Assembly: GCA_040182905.1 (NCBI GenBank)
Contig: JARQWU010000080.1
Location: forward strand, 1-37,129
Length of the DNA stretch: 37,129 nucleotides
DNA from: Barthelona sp. PAP020
Lineage: Eukaryota
Reading direction: 5' to 3'
The notes beneath the pieces were generated by a model, which was not told the origin of the DNA, ran no database searches, and saw only the letters and a list, made by a program, of their open reading frames with translations. The translations under genes and the position numbers were made by a program. This document shows positions 1 through 10,346 of the stretch, one piece after another; the stretch's first letter is position 1; every line of letters starts with the position of its first letter.

Positions 1-1
1 T

Positions 2-3000
2 TTTGAGTTTATTTTTGGTGAAAAAGGATATGATTGTTTGGCTGTTACTCTCACTGAAACTTTGGAACATGATATGAATAATTACATTGTAGATTCTGTC
101 AAATTTGGAAAAATAATTAGAAAAGCTATTAAAGCAAAATACAGCAATGTCAAAACCCTGATTGATTCAAAGATTTGCAAAATTTTTGTCTTCATAAGTA
201 TTAAAAGCAGATTGACTACTTTTACGGAAGCTTACATTCATCATTTAAAAAAATATGTTATACCACCATTAATAGGTGATTTACACAGTGAATTCATCAG
301 TACCAATGTGTTTTTCCAAATTTTTCCTAAATTTATAATTATTTTTGATTATAAGTTGAGTTCACCACCTTTTATTCGACAAAAATATTCGAATAACAGA
401 ATTTTAGTGGATTCTGCATCAGATCAAACTTTAGATCCAATATTGACCAATACTGGATTTGTTCAATTAACTGTTGGAAGCAAAGATAACACAGTATTAA
501 TGAATGCCAATAATCGTTTGGATGCCTTGAAAAACTCAAGCGGATTATTTGGTGTTTTTTCATTTGATAGTTTCAAAATAATTTATTTGAATGTTATGGC
601 AACGATCCAAACAAAAGAAAAGCAATATTGTGAATTTGTTGATATTATTGCCCCAAAAGAACCATTAATTGCAGCATTGGCAAAGATTTATCGAAAGTTA
701 TATTTTAATCTTGGAACGAGACCAAAAGGTCATGAAAGTAGCAAATTGACAATGTGGTGTTGTTGTAGAATTTTATCTTGCGGTGATTGTGAAGTAAAGA
801 AGCTACAAAATTCTGTTAATGAGTTTTTCAAACTTATTTCAACATTACCTGAATATCCTTTATTCATAAATAAATATTCCAAACAACAATGCAAAGATAT
901 TTGCCATTTATGGCCAGTTGATGGTGGTGAATTTGTGAATTTGACCCCTAATGATGTTCATTTACCTTTGATGACTCTTGTTGATGTTGAAGAACCTATT
1001 ATCAAGCCTATTATTGTTGTTTCTGAAAGTTTTATTGCTCCCCAATATTTGCCAACAGCAATCATGAAACAAAATCCATCATATGAAGTAATCATGTTGG
1101 ATATAATGTATACCGAGTTTTTATCAAATAATTTAATACTTGATGCTATAAAGAATCGTTTTAGTTTGTGGACCAAGAATATTTACTGTTCTACACAACC
1201 TAATTTTAAAATCATTGTACATTTTAGTCATATTCAACAAGGTAACAATACCTTATTGAGTTTGCTTTGTGATATTGCGAATCAAAAATCAGTCATTTAC
1301 TATAACAATAGAATTCAATTCAAGGATATCATAGTTATAGGTTCAGCAATTGGAAATGAGAGTATTGATGCAGATTTTTCTCACCAGATTAAGAATTTGA
1401 AAGAATGCAGAGAGGATTATTATTTGACTCATTATTTTTGCTCAAAACCTTTTGATCAGATAGAAACTTTACTTGATTTTAGCAGTGTAGTTTTTCAACA
1501 TGGTATAAAGCCAATGATGTCTGTATTTCATCATTTGATTAAAATATTACGTATTCAGCTTCCAGCTAGTGTTAGGGAACCTGCCAGAAATGTGTCTGAT
1601 TTAATGGTTAGTATAATTTATCAGTCTTTAAAAAATGCTCCACCTAATAAGGATGCTTTTGTTGCATCATGTGCTGCTGCAACTGAATATTTTATTTGTA
1701 CCATTTTTGCAATGAGATACGCTGTAAGAAAAGACAGAGATATTGTTATTGATCAAGGGTCAAAAGCAATAAGAAGATTCTTTTCCAAAGAATTATTGCA
1801 AGATTTACCAAATCTTGATGAATTGCTTTTTGTTCCATTATCGTTATTATTGAAATTGGAAAACGCTTCTGAATCAAAGAAAAGACTTCATTTAAATGAT
1901 ATTGGTTGGGGTGATTTTGCTGTTGTTAATGACATTCCTTCATTAAGAAGAAGAATTTTAAGAGTTTTGGTTAAACAAAAAGAAAAATACATATTTACTG
2001 CTGAAATGTTAAAAGCTGTTTGTTTGATGTTTTTTGTTTTTTCAAATAGTTCTGGAAATGTTATATTCAATACTATTCATGATTATAATGCGTTCAATAC
2101 TGTTAAAATTATGGAAATACTCAGTATATATTCTAATATTGCTTTTAATTATCATTTCTTCCAGAATATAAACACTGATTTGAAAACAGAATTGGGAAAA
2201 ATCTTTAGACAAGCAGTGGTTAACAATACCAAGGAAATTGTTGTTTTTGGACAAGATATCATTCAAGAAAGTCTTAACACACCTGAAAAATTGTTAGTTT
2301 ATTTTATTTTAAATCATTCTTTTTTAGCATTCAATAGTCATCTAAAATTGAAAATTTCTGAAATTATTTTGTATAAATTCAAGGATATCTTTGCAGAAAT
2401 GCAAGATGAATTGATTCATAAAATTAGATGTTTCGACACAAGCATTGAGGAAATTATATCTCAAAGATTGTTACAAAATTTGAAGTTGGTCATTGTAACT
2501 GGTAATGGAACTCTCATCAATTTCAAACAGATCTTTACACAAACCATTTTAATTAATTCTATGACCTCTTTTGATTTTGATGATTGTTTATACTTGGTTT
2601 CTGATATGTATTTGTTTGAAGAATTTGCTAATCCTCATGTTGTAGCTTTAAATCCTTTAGAAAGAGATTCAATAATTCATCACACTACACATACTTTTTG
2701 GAAAGCAACTTTAACCAGCCAAAGCTATTTTAACAATGAAAATGGTAATTTTAGTGCATTTGATAAAGAATTGGCTCAAAAATCCTTTGAATTTCCTTCA
2801 ATATTGGATGTGTCCATATTACATAGGTATTTATGTTTATTTTTGGAATTCTTAACTTTTTCTGAATCATCCAGAAAGAAGACTTTAAACAATGTTCAAA
2901 AATCGTTAGATTTTGCTGAAAATGTCAAAAAGTATTTGCTTGAATTAAAGAGTGAATCTGATATTTTAAAAAGAGAAGTTGAACACATTATTGATGATAT

Positions 3001-6000
3001 TTCTTCAATGACATTGAATTTGGGGACTGAATTGAATCGTTCTCAAGAGGCAAAGGAAGCAAGAAAAGTTTTAGAGGAAGAAAGAATTAAAACAGATGGA
3101 TTGTTGATGAATGCCTCAAGGGCTGTTCAACAAATCACATCAGAAATAGAACCAATTGAAAAAAGTCTTAGAGTTTTATCCCACAAACTTTCTTATGCAA
3201 ATGTTGAATATTATCAAAATTTGGAAGAAATTAAAAATATTCAAAGATTTAGGCCTCCAATTTCATGGGTTTTAGAAAGTTATTATATCATTTTATTCAA
3301 CAAAATGATTGATGAATTGGATCAAAATTTCTTAAAATTGTTTAAATCATCAATAACTTCTTTTCCCATTTTTGCTTCACAAATTCAAGATTTTTCAAAG
3401 AAGATCAATTTACTGAATTGGGATTTAATCAGTATCATCAAACAAAAGTTAAAAGATGCTTTACCGTTGATTCAACAACAACCAAAAAATCAATCTGACT
3501 TCTTTGAGTTAATCATTGATTTCATTCATAAATCCATCCAATTGAAAGAGTTACAAATTCCTTTGAACAATTATCAAGACGACTTGACTATTAGGAGACA
3601 GAATCATGACAATTGCTTGAATAGCATTCACATCAATGATGCAAAAATTTTGGATGTTGAAAAGAAACAAAGTGGATTGGAAGAACAATTGGTTAGTGCT
3701 GTCAATTTAAAAATTGAAAAGGAAACAAAGATTGAAGAAATTGAAAAGCGTTTGAAAGAATTTGCTATGCTTGATGAAACCTTTGATATTTTGAAACCTG
3801 ATTGGGAAGTTCAATTAGAATATATTGCCAATTATTCCAACAACAATAATGGAAAGAAAAACAAAATCGGTGAAAATACAAATCGTGCTGAAAATAAAAA
3901 TACTCCACAGATTATTGGTAAAAATGATAGTGACTACATTTCTCATTTATCACTATCTTTGGTCATTGCAGCAATGTTAACAATTATTCCCAGATTTAGT
4001 TTTTCTGATAGAGATTTATTGATTAACAGTATTATCAATGATCTTATTGGACGTAGAATGCTTCCAAAAGCTATGAGCACAAATAGAACAGTACTCAATG
4101 AGCTTATCACTTCACAAACCTTGGCATATTTTGACATTCATAAAGGAAGAAAAAAAGAAGCAATACCTCCGTTAAGGATTGAAGAAGTTGGACTTCTATT
4201 TAGAGATCAATTTATCATCACAAATGCAGAGCATTCTAAACAATTATCCAACATAATTAAACCAACTGAAGAGATGTCTGATTTACTGTCTTTAAAGAGT
4301 AAACACCAGAAAAAAGTGACCAAATCTCAAACATCCAAAAAACACGAGGAAAAGAAAAACATTTTGGAAAATGAAGATCTATTTTCATCAGCTGATGAAA
4401 TGGAAGAAGAAGACTCTTTGGATTTGTCTTCAAATGGTGATGCATCTTACCATTCCAATGGAGAAAGTGGGTCTTCAGACAATGAAAGTGAATCCAAAGG
4501 ATCAGATGATTCAGATTCAGATGCTGAAAGTTCTACATCTTCTTTAAGCAAAGATGCTTCTGGAAAATCTTTAAGCAGTGATGATAGCATTGGTAACAAC
4601 GATGATCATAATGAGCAAAGTGATAGTTTTTCTGAAAATTCAGACAATGATGATGATGAAAGTTCTTCATTGTTTTCAGATTTCACTAACAACACTGACA
4701 ACACAAGCGAAAACCTGCCTGCTAAGACAAAGAAATCGCAGAAAAAATCTAACAAGAAGATCGAAACAAAGAAAAAAACCCCAACCAAGAAAGTAACTGA
4801 AGAAGTTAGCACAAAAAAAAGTAAGGGTAGTACTCGAGGAAATGTTGAAAAGAAGAGCATTTCAAATTTGTCTTTCTCTGACAGTGATGATGATGATCTA
4901 TTTTCTGATGATAACAAAAGTTCGGTTTCAGGTTTTTCTTCTGATTCCTCTCATTGGGATGATGATGGCCTTATGGATTATGAATCTGATGCTTCAAGTG
5001 ATAATATTATTGTTATTCCCAACACAAATGAGCATGTCAGCGATTTGAAACTTCCTGTGTCACCTGCCCTAACACCCAAGTCTCCTAGTTTCGAAATTAT
5101 TCAAAATAAAGATTTTAAGACCGAGAAAAATTTGGATTCTCAAGCCAGTTTTGGAAATTCGATTGAATTATTTAATTTTGAGGAAAATATTATGAATTCT
5201 GAAGGTGAAGAGAGTGACAGTAATGATGTGTCACAATTAGAGAATGAAAATAATAACAATGAAGATATTGAAGCCATTTTCAACAATTATGTGGAAATTG
5301 TCAGTCGATTTATCAATATTGGAAAATTTGTTGAGGGTCTAACAACAGAAGGATACAGAACCAATCCTATAATTCTTGCTAGTGAAGGTGCTGATGCTTT
5401 ACAATGGATGTTGTTTAAGATTGAGCGCGTTTTATTCGTACATGATCCAATTTCAATTTTAGATAATATTGTTGAACCTTTGTTTGAAACTATTTATTCA
5501 ATATCCTTTGTAGATCCTAATTTCACCAAACAATTATTGTCTCATATTCATGAAGATTGTGTTATTATTTTAAATCATGGTTCTGTTGAATTTGAGATGG
5601 GCAATGTTTTAAACAGATTGATTGATCACATCAACAGAGGAGAAACAACATTTAGTTGCAATGCAGAAACATTCACAATACACCCAAATTTACAAATATT
5701 TTTGAATTATCTTGAAAATCCTTTTTGTTTCCAACAACAAGCAAATTCTGTGTATGTCACAAATTTATGGGTTGATTTAACATTCAGTATTAATAACTTA
5801 ACTGATTTCATTCTTCATACATCCACAGGATCAATTTTACCTGAATTCCAAGAATTTGCTTTCAGTTGTGATCGTATTGTTGAATCTTACAATGGTAAAA
5901 GACAAAAAATTGAAGATGAAATTTTAGAAGTTGTTGGAAAGTCTTCAATTGTGGATATGGTAGCCAACAATGATTTTGAGATTGTCAACACTCTTTATGA

Positions 6001-8572
6001 ACTGAATAAAGAGTTGCAGAATCATAGAGACACCTTAGTCATTTTAATCACGTTGAATGAACTCTCACAACAGGTTGTAAACCAACTTTATGGATCTTTT
6101 AGTTATGCAACAGCTAGTTGTGTGAATACTTTTGTTACTTTGATGCAAAGGCGAAATAGTTGGTCAACTATTGTTTCTGCAAGTTTTGTTTCAAGTTGCA
6201 TGTGTCAATATGTTGTTAGATTGTCTGACGATGATCGGTTTAGCATAGTAATGAGTCGAAAGAATGTGTTTGAATTGGATTTGGTTAAGAAATTGATCAG
6301 CTTTATTTTGAGTGAATTCATTTCGAAATTGTCATCTTCAAATGACAGATTACACATTGGGTTATTACTATTGAATGCTTTTGAATACATTACCAATATT
6401 GAACTTGAATCTTTATGTAAAATTGCAAGTGGTGAGTTGACTTCGTTGAGTGAATTATTGGAGCAAATCAGTGTTAAAACAATGGGGCAAATTCGTAAGA
6501 CTGACACAAACGTTTTAAATAATTGGTTGACTGATAAAAATTCTGAAGGTTTTTTCCCGTTCCCCAACCCAGATAAAGTGAGTTGTGGAGAAAAATTATT
6601 GATCAGCGCAGTGGAAAAGCCTCTTCAATTACCTTATTTTATTAATCTTTTAATCAAAGATACTCTTAATTTACCCTTCTTATCAAACGATTTGGCTGAC
6701 AAACAATTCACATTCCCCCTAAAACCGGATGGTACTGTTGAAACAGCTTTTAACAAATCTTCTTATCAATTCTGTTTGTTAGAATTTAGTAGCAAAGGAG
6801 TGATTCCTCCTGATTTTGTAGTAATTAATCCTTATGAACCTATTCCAATGGGAATAAAAGGCATGGTGATAAATGATGCTGATAGACATTCTAAAGCAGT
6901 TCTACATTTGTTAAACAATGTGCCAAAAACGGTTACAATTTATCTGGTGTGTTCAAATAATGATATTACCAGCTTCCCACACATCATCCGAAAAATGTGC
7001 TACATGGATATCTCATGGGGTTCGGTAAACTCTCTGAATTGGAAGTTTACAATTCCTCTAATCATGCGATCTCAACTATTACGAAACTTATTGGTGATTT
7101 TTGATGCAGTTCCTTCTTCATTTGCCGTTAAACCGTTCTTCAATTTGAGCATCGGACATATGGCTTTAGAGATTGCTTTAAGTTCATTCAGTTCAGAAAA
7201 ACCTTCCAATGCCAATCTGATACATGCAGCTATGGAGTTATTAGCTCTGTTGGAATCTAATATGACAGATACTGAGGTTGTAAATGTCATATTTGATCGT
7301 TGCTATAAGTATTGTCACAGTTTGGTTGGAATTCCAAATTTTGGGCAACGTTTCTTTGAAGAAACATTCAATGGTAATTATTGGGGAATGGAGAATCCTC
7401 CAATCGTTGGAGAGGATTTAACTTTTAGAGAGTTGAAAACTTGGATGGATATTCATTCCAAAAAATTGGATGAATTATGTATGTTCTTGGCAGATCTTTT
7501 ATTCACCGATAGGTCTGTTCAATCATCCCAAAACTTTTGCAAAGAAGTGGTTAAGGTTTGTGCACCATTAAATTTTGAAGACGATTATTCTTTTGATACT
7601 TCCATTGAACAATATAATTTGCAATTGGAAGAAATGGAGCGAGAATTATCTCAATCGATTCTTCCCGAAAAAGATCATCCCATCAATGGGGATTTGTCTT
7701 TTGCATGTGACTTTTTAAATACAGAAATCTCTTTTGTGGAACATCTAAGGTTGATGGTATTGGAATCGGTGATTTCATTGAAAAAAGCACATAATGGAAC
7801 TATTCTTCCAACATCTTTTGAGTTTCTATTTTATTCAATCCTCAATGATTTGGGTTTTATTCCCGTGCATTGGTTACAATCGTTAAGAAAAAATTTGGCA
7901 TTTATCTTTCCACAATCTTGTTATTCCACACAAGCGTTAGAAATATCTGAAGCTGCTGCAATTTCGCAACAGAGTTTTTATCATCTTTTGTTAGAAATTA
8001 TGTCCACCTATAGAAAGGTATATGATGAAATTAACATGACAACTAGACCCGATATTCCTAAAATATTTGCTAAAACCCAAATTAATTTTGGTAGCATTGT
8101 TTTACGTGATTATTTCTTTATTTATTTGGCGATTGTTGCCTCTTTGCGCTTCAATAAAATTGATTATTCTGAAATGTGTGTTACTCTCACTCCATCATCA
8201 ATCATTGCTGAACGTATTGAAGATTTAAAAGTGGAAAAAGCTTTGGGTGAACAAATGGCGTCATTAGCAAGTGAAACTGTTTTTGTTAGATCATTAGGTG
8301 TCACAGAAGAAGGTTATATTTCCAAAAATAGAATCGTACCCACCGAGTTGTTTGTGTCTCTTGGATCTACTTTAATATTGCCTGAAATGAGCGTTAGATT
8401 AATTCCTTCTCATAAACTTTCTGAATTGAAGATACCATTTGTTGAAGTTCATTCATTCTCATGTTGTTATTTACCCAAAGAACAATTCCCATGTATTGCG
8501 TTACTGTATTTTAATTTAAAGGACGTTATATTTGATGAGTTGTTATTAGTTACTGATATTACCAAGTTTTAA
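2..8572 (+). CDS. Divergent dynein heavy chain-like protein, 5'-partial (AAA2-AAA4, stalk/MTBD, AAA5, AAA6/C-terminal region)
   Basis: The frame is open from base 2 (FEFIFGEKGYDCL...), so the gene starts left of the window. Dynein motor landmarks occur in order. AAA3-like: KPIIVV..KIIVHFSHI..LLSLLCDI..FKDIIVIGSA. AAA4-like: KTELGKIFRQAVV..RLLQNLKLVIV. Then the CC1 coiled coil, an MTBD-like EEIKNIQRFRPPISWVLESYYIILF, and CC2 ending LKPDWE..LVIAAMLTIIPRFSFSDR. AAA5-like: RVLFVHDP..SFVDPNFTKQL..IHPNLQIFL..DLTFSINNLTDFIL. Confidence 0.8.
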   Translation, partial: FEFIFGEKGYDCLAVTLTETLEHDMNNYIVDSVKFGKIIRKAIKAKYSNVKTLIDSKICKIFVFISIKSRLTTFTEAYIHHLKKYVIPPLIGDLHSEFISTNVFFQIFPKFIIIFDYKLSSPPFIRQKYSNNRILVDSASDQTLDPILTNTGFVQLTVGSKDNTVLMNANNRLDALKNSSGLFGVFSFDSFKIIYLNVMATIQTKEKQYCEFVDIIAPKEPLIAALAKIYRKLYFNLGTRPKGHESSKLTMWCCCRILSCGDCEVKKLQNSVNEFFKLISTLPEYPLFINKYSKQQCKDICHLWPVDGGEFVNLTPNDVHLPLMTLVDVEEPIIKPIIVVSESFIAPQYLPTAIMKQNPSYEVIMLDIMYTEFLSNNLILDAIKNRFSLWTKNIYCSTQPNFKIIVHFSHIQQGNNTLLSLLCDIANQKSVIYYNNRIQFKDIIVIGSAIGNESIDADFSHQIKNLKECREDYYLTHYFCSKPFDQIETLLDFSSVVFQHGIKPMMSVFHHLIKILRIQLPASVREPARNVSDLMVSIIYQSLKNAPPNKDAFVASCAAATEYFICTIFAMRYAVRKDRDIVIDQGSKAIRRFFSKELLQDLPNLDELLFVPLSLLLKLENASESKKRLHLNDIGWGDFAVVNDIPSLRRRILRVLVKQKEKYIFTAEMLKAVCLMFFVFSNSSGNVIFNTIHDYNAFNTVKIMEILSIYSNIAFNYHFFQNINTDLKTELGKIFRQAVVNNTKEIVVFGQDIIQESLNTPEKLLVYFILNHSFLAFNSHLKLKISEIILYKFKDIFAEMQDELIHKIRCFDTSIEEIISQRLLQNLKLVIVTGNGTLINFKQIFTQTILINSMTSFDFDDCLYLVSDMYLFEEFANPHVVALNPLERDSIIHHTTHTFWKATLTSQSYFNNENGNFSAFDKELAQKSFEFPSILDVSILHRYLCLFLEFLTFSESSRKKTLNNVQKSLDFAENVKKYLLELKSESDILKREVEHIIDDISSMTLNLGTELNRSQEAKEARKVLEEERIKTDGLLMNASRAVQQITSEIEPIEKSLRVLSHKLSYANVEYYQNLEEIKNIQRFRPPISWVLESYYIILFNKMIDELDQNFLKLFKSSITSFPIFASQIQDFSKKINLLNWDLISIIKQKLKDALPLIQQQPKNQSDFFELIIDFIHKSIQLKELQIPLNNYQDDLTIRRQNHDNCLNSIHINDAKILDVEKKQSGLEEQLVSAVNLKIEKETKIEEIEKRLKEFAMLDETFDILKPDWEVQLEYIANYSNNNNGKKNKIGENTNRAENKNTPQIIGKNDSDYISHLSLSLVIAAMLTIIPRFSFSDRDLLINSIINDLIGRRMLPKAMSTNRTVLNELITSQTLAYFDIHKGRKKEAIPPLRIEEVGLLFRDQFIITNAEHSKQLSNIIKPTEEMSDLLSLKSKHQKKVTKSQTSKKHEEKKNILENEDLFSSADEMEEEDSLDLSSNGDASYHSNGESGSSDNESESKGSDDSDSDAESSTSSLSKDASGKSLSSDDSIGNNDDHNEQSDSFSENSDNDDDESSSLFSDFTNNTDNTSENLPAKTKKSQKKSNKKIETKKKTPTKKVTEEVSTKKSKGSTRGNVEKKSISNLSFSDSDDDDLFSDDNKSSVSGFSSDSSHWDDDGLMDYESDASSDNIIVIPNTNEHVSDLKLPVSPALTPKSPSFEIIQNKDFKTEKNLDSQASFGNSIELFNFEENIMNSEGEESDSNDVSQLENENNNNEDIEAIFNNYVEIVSRFINIGKFVEGLTTEGYRTNPIILASEGADALQWMLFKIERVLFVHDPISILDNIVEPLFETIYSISFVDPNFTKQLLSHIHEDCVIILNHGSVEFEMGNVLNRLIDHINRGETTFSCNAETFTIHPNLQIFLNYLENPFCFQQQANSVYVTNLWVDLTFSINNLTDFILHTSTGSILPEFQEFAFSCDRIVESYNGKRQKIEDEILEVVGKSSIVDMVANNDFEIVNTLYELNKELQNHRDTLVILITLNELSQQVVNQLYGSFSYATASCVNTFVTLMQRRNSWSTIVSASFVSSCMCQYVVRLSDDDRFSIVMSRKNVFELDLVKKLISFILSEFISKLSSSNDRLHIGLLLLNAFEYITNIELESLCKIASGELTSLSELLEQISVKTMGQIRKTDTNVLNNWLTDKNSEGFFPFPNPDKVSCGEKLLISAVEKPLQLPYFINLLIKDTLNLPFLSNDLADKQFTFPLKPDGTVETAFNKSSYQFCLLEFSSKGVIPPDFVVINPYEPIPMGIKGMVINDADRHSKAVLHLLNNVPKTVTIYLVCSNNDITSFPHIIRKMCYMDISWGSVNSLNWKFTIPLIMRSQLLRNLLVIFDAVPSSFAVKPFFNLSIGHMALEIALSSFSSEKPSNANLIHAAMELLALLESNMTDTEVVNVIFDRCYKYCHSLVGIPNFGQRFFEETFNGNYWGMENPPIVGEDLTFRELKTWMDIHSKKLDELCMFLADLLFTDRSVQSSQNFCKEVVKVCAPLNFEDDYSFDTSIEQYNLQLEEMERELSQSILPEKDHPINGDLSFACDFLNTEISFVEHLRLMVLESVISLKKAHNGTILPTSFEFLFYSILNDLGFIPVHWLQSLRKNLAFIFPQSCYSTQALEISEAAAISQQSFYHLLLEIMSTYRKVYDEINMTTRPDIPKIFAKTQINFGSIVLRDYFFIYLAIVASLRFNKIDYSEMCVTLTPSSIIAERIEDLKVEKALGEQMASLASETVFVRSLGVTEEGYISKNRIVPTELFVSLGSTLILPEMSVRLIPSHKLSELKIPFVEVHSFSCCYLPKEQFPCIALLYFNLKDVIFDELLLVTDITKF
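4290..5270 (+). other. Low-complexity Ser/Asp/Glu- and Lys-rich insertion within the dynein-like CDS
   Basis: The translation alternates acidic (SDDSDSDAESS, SDSDDDD) and basic (KTKKSQKKSNKK) blocks between the post-stalk helix and the AAA5-like motifs. Boundaries are approximate. Confidence 0.75.
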
Positions 8573-9146
8573 AAACATTTTAAATTAAAATTTTCAAACT
8601 TGTGTCACTTTTCTTGCATTTCAGATGAATTTTTTAGATTTCATCACAAAATTCAAATTTATCAAAATTTAATATTTTAACTGAAAACAGAAAAGCTGTA
8701 ATTTGATCAATTTATCTGAGTATTTCTAATGCAATTGGTGTTTACAAAAAAATCAACCTGTTGGTGAACTGAAGCAAACTCTGATAAATAAAACTATTGA
8801 AAACCCAATTGAAAACATTTTCAATAAAAATATCCAAAATGAGACGGTTTGAGCAAAAAAAAATCAAACACTTTCTCTTTGATAAAATGCATGATCACGA
8901 AATATATTTCCTTCTTTTCCTTATTTCATTTTTGAAATCGTTTCTGAAGAAAAATTGATTGTTTGAAATACTTACTTTGATATTGTATAAAAAGACTGTC
9001 TCATAATTCAATCACTTCCAAAATACAAAAGCTCATAAAGTTTCAAATGAATTGAGGCCCTTGGAATTCCTCATCAAAAACTGAATTAATATCAAAATCT
9101 GATAAAATGATGCTCATCAGAAAAAATAAATTGATAACGGTTTCTT

Positions 9147-10346
9147 CTAATCACAATTGCTTTCATCACTTTGGTCATTGACAAACATGTGCATGTTCCC
9201 ACCATTGGTTTCATTGATATCCACCAAATCCCAACATGTGTTAATAATCAGTTCATACTCTTCTTGATTCATAAAGATACCACCACTCACTAATTGACGA
9301 ATTATAGAACTGTCCACTCCAAAGGAAATAACAGATGACAAAACAAAATCATTATCCTTGGACAATTCTATCAGTTTCAATTGTTGAAACAAATCACTTG
9401 AATGCAAAATAGGATATATTCTCGTTGTATCATTATCACACCGTCCACAAATCAATTGCCTTTTATTGGGCGAGATTGCAAATGAAATTCCATTCTTTTT
9501 ACCCATGCAATTTACTGCTTGGATTTTCTCGAAACTTTCCACGTCGTACAAAACTAAATATCCATCTTTACAAATCATCACAATCACGTTGGGTGACAAA
9601 AAATAAAGTTGGGAAGCTGAATCATTCAAATTAAAGGTGTGAAGCAGCATTCCATTATTAATATCCCAAAGTTTAACTTTATTTGATCGATCACCAACAG
9701 CAATAATTCCTTTGGGTATATCAAAATCAATGGTTCTAACACCATCGTCATGATCAAAGATGTGAATAACGGACATATCTTCTATATCAATCAATTTGGC
9801 GGTCTGATCGAAACTAGCAGACAGAATATATTTACAATCGGGTGATATTTTTAATCTCCAAATATAATCGGAATGGATTTTAGCTTCAGCAACAACCTTA
9901 TTGGCTTCAATGTCCCACTTTTTTATAAATCCCCCATTATCTCCTGAAAATATATAATTACAACAATGAGAAAAACAAATTCCATTAACTGGTGAATCAT
10001 TAGACAAACGTTTAATGATTGAAAAATCTGGAACACTATAAATGATAATAAACCAGTCATCAGAACATGTCGCAAACAGAAGTCCATCTTGTGAAAAAGC
10101 TGCGTTCCAAACAAAACTTACATGACTCTCCAAAACACAATTCATCTCACATGTCATCATATCGAAAATATGGACACATTTTTGATGGCAACCAGCAATA
10201 TATCGACCATCAGGTGAATATTTCAAATCATAAACTGGCTTTGAAATAAAATTATCAATTGTTTTCATATTTTCTTCATCAATTCTAAAAGGAAACAATT
10301 CCTGATTGATTTTTTCATGTAAATCTACATTAGATTCAACATACAT
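9147..10346 (-). CDS. WD40-repeat (beta-propeller) protein with an unrecognised ~85-aa C-terminal domain
   Basis: About 7 WD-like blades: YSPDGRYIA..HIFD, SHVSFVWNAAFSQDG..TCSDD, SGDNGGFIKKWD, HSDYIW..SASFDQTAKLID, VGDRSNKVKLWD. Confidence 0.9.
   Translation of the reverse strand: MYVESNVDLHEKINQELFPFRIDEENMKTIDNFISKPVYDLKYSPDGRYIAGCHQKCVHIFDMMTCEMNCVLESHVSFVWNAAFSQDGLLFATCSDDWFIIIYSVPDFSIIKRLSNDSPVNGICFSHCCNYIFSGDNGGFIKKWDIEANKVVAEAKIHSDYIWRLKISPDCKYILSASFDQTAKLIDIEDMSVIHIFDHDDGVRTIDFDIPKGIIAVGDRSNKVKLWDINNGMLLHTFNLNDSASQLYFLSPNVIVMICKDGYLVLYDVESFEKIQAVNCMGKKNGISFAISPNKRQLICGRCDNDTTRIYPILHSSDLFQQLKLIELSKDNDFVLSSVISFGVDSSIIRQLVSGGIFMNQEEYELIINTCWDLVDINETNGGNMHMFVNDQSDESNCD

Noticed and set aside
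8891..8975. CATGATCACGAA (matches the U1 stem-loop I loop) and ATACTTAC (U1 5' end)
   Set aside because: The order is reversed relative to U1, there is no convincing stem around the loop, and no Sm site is suitably placed. Treated as coincidence.
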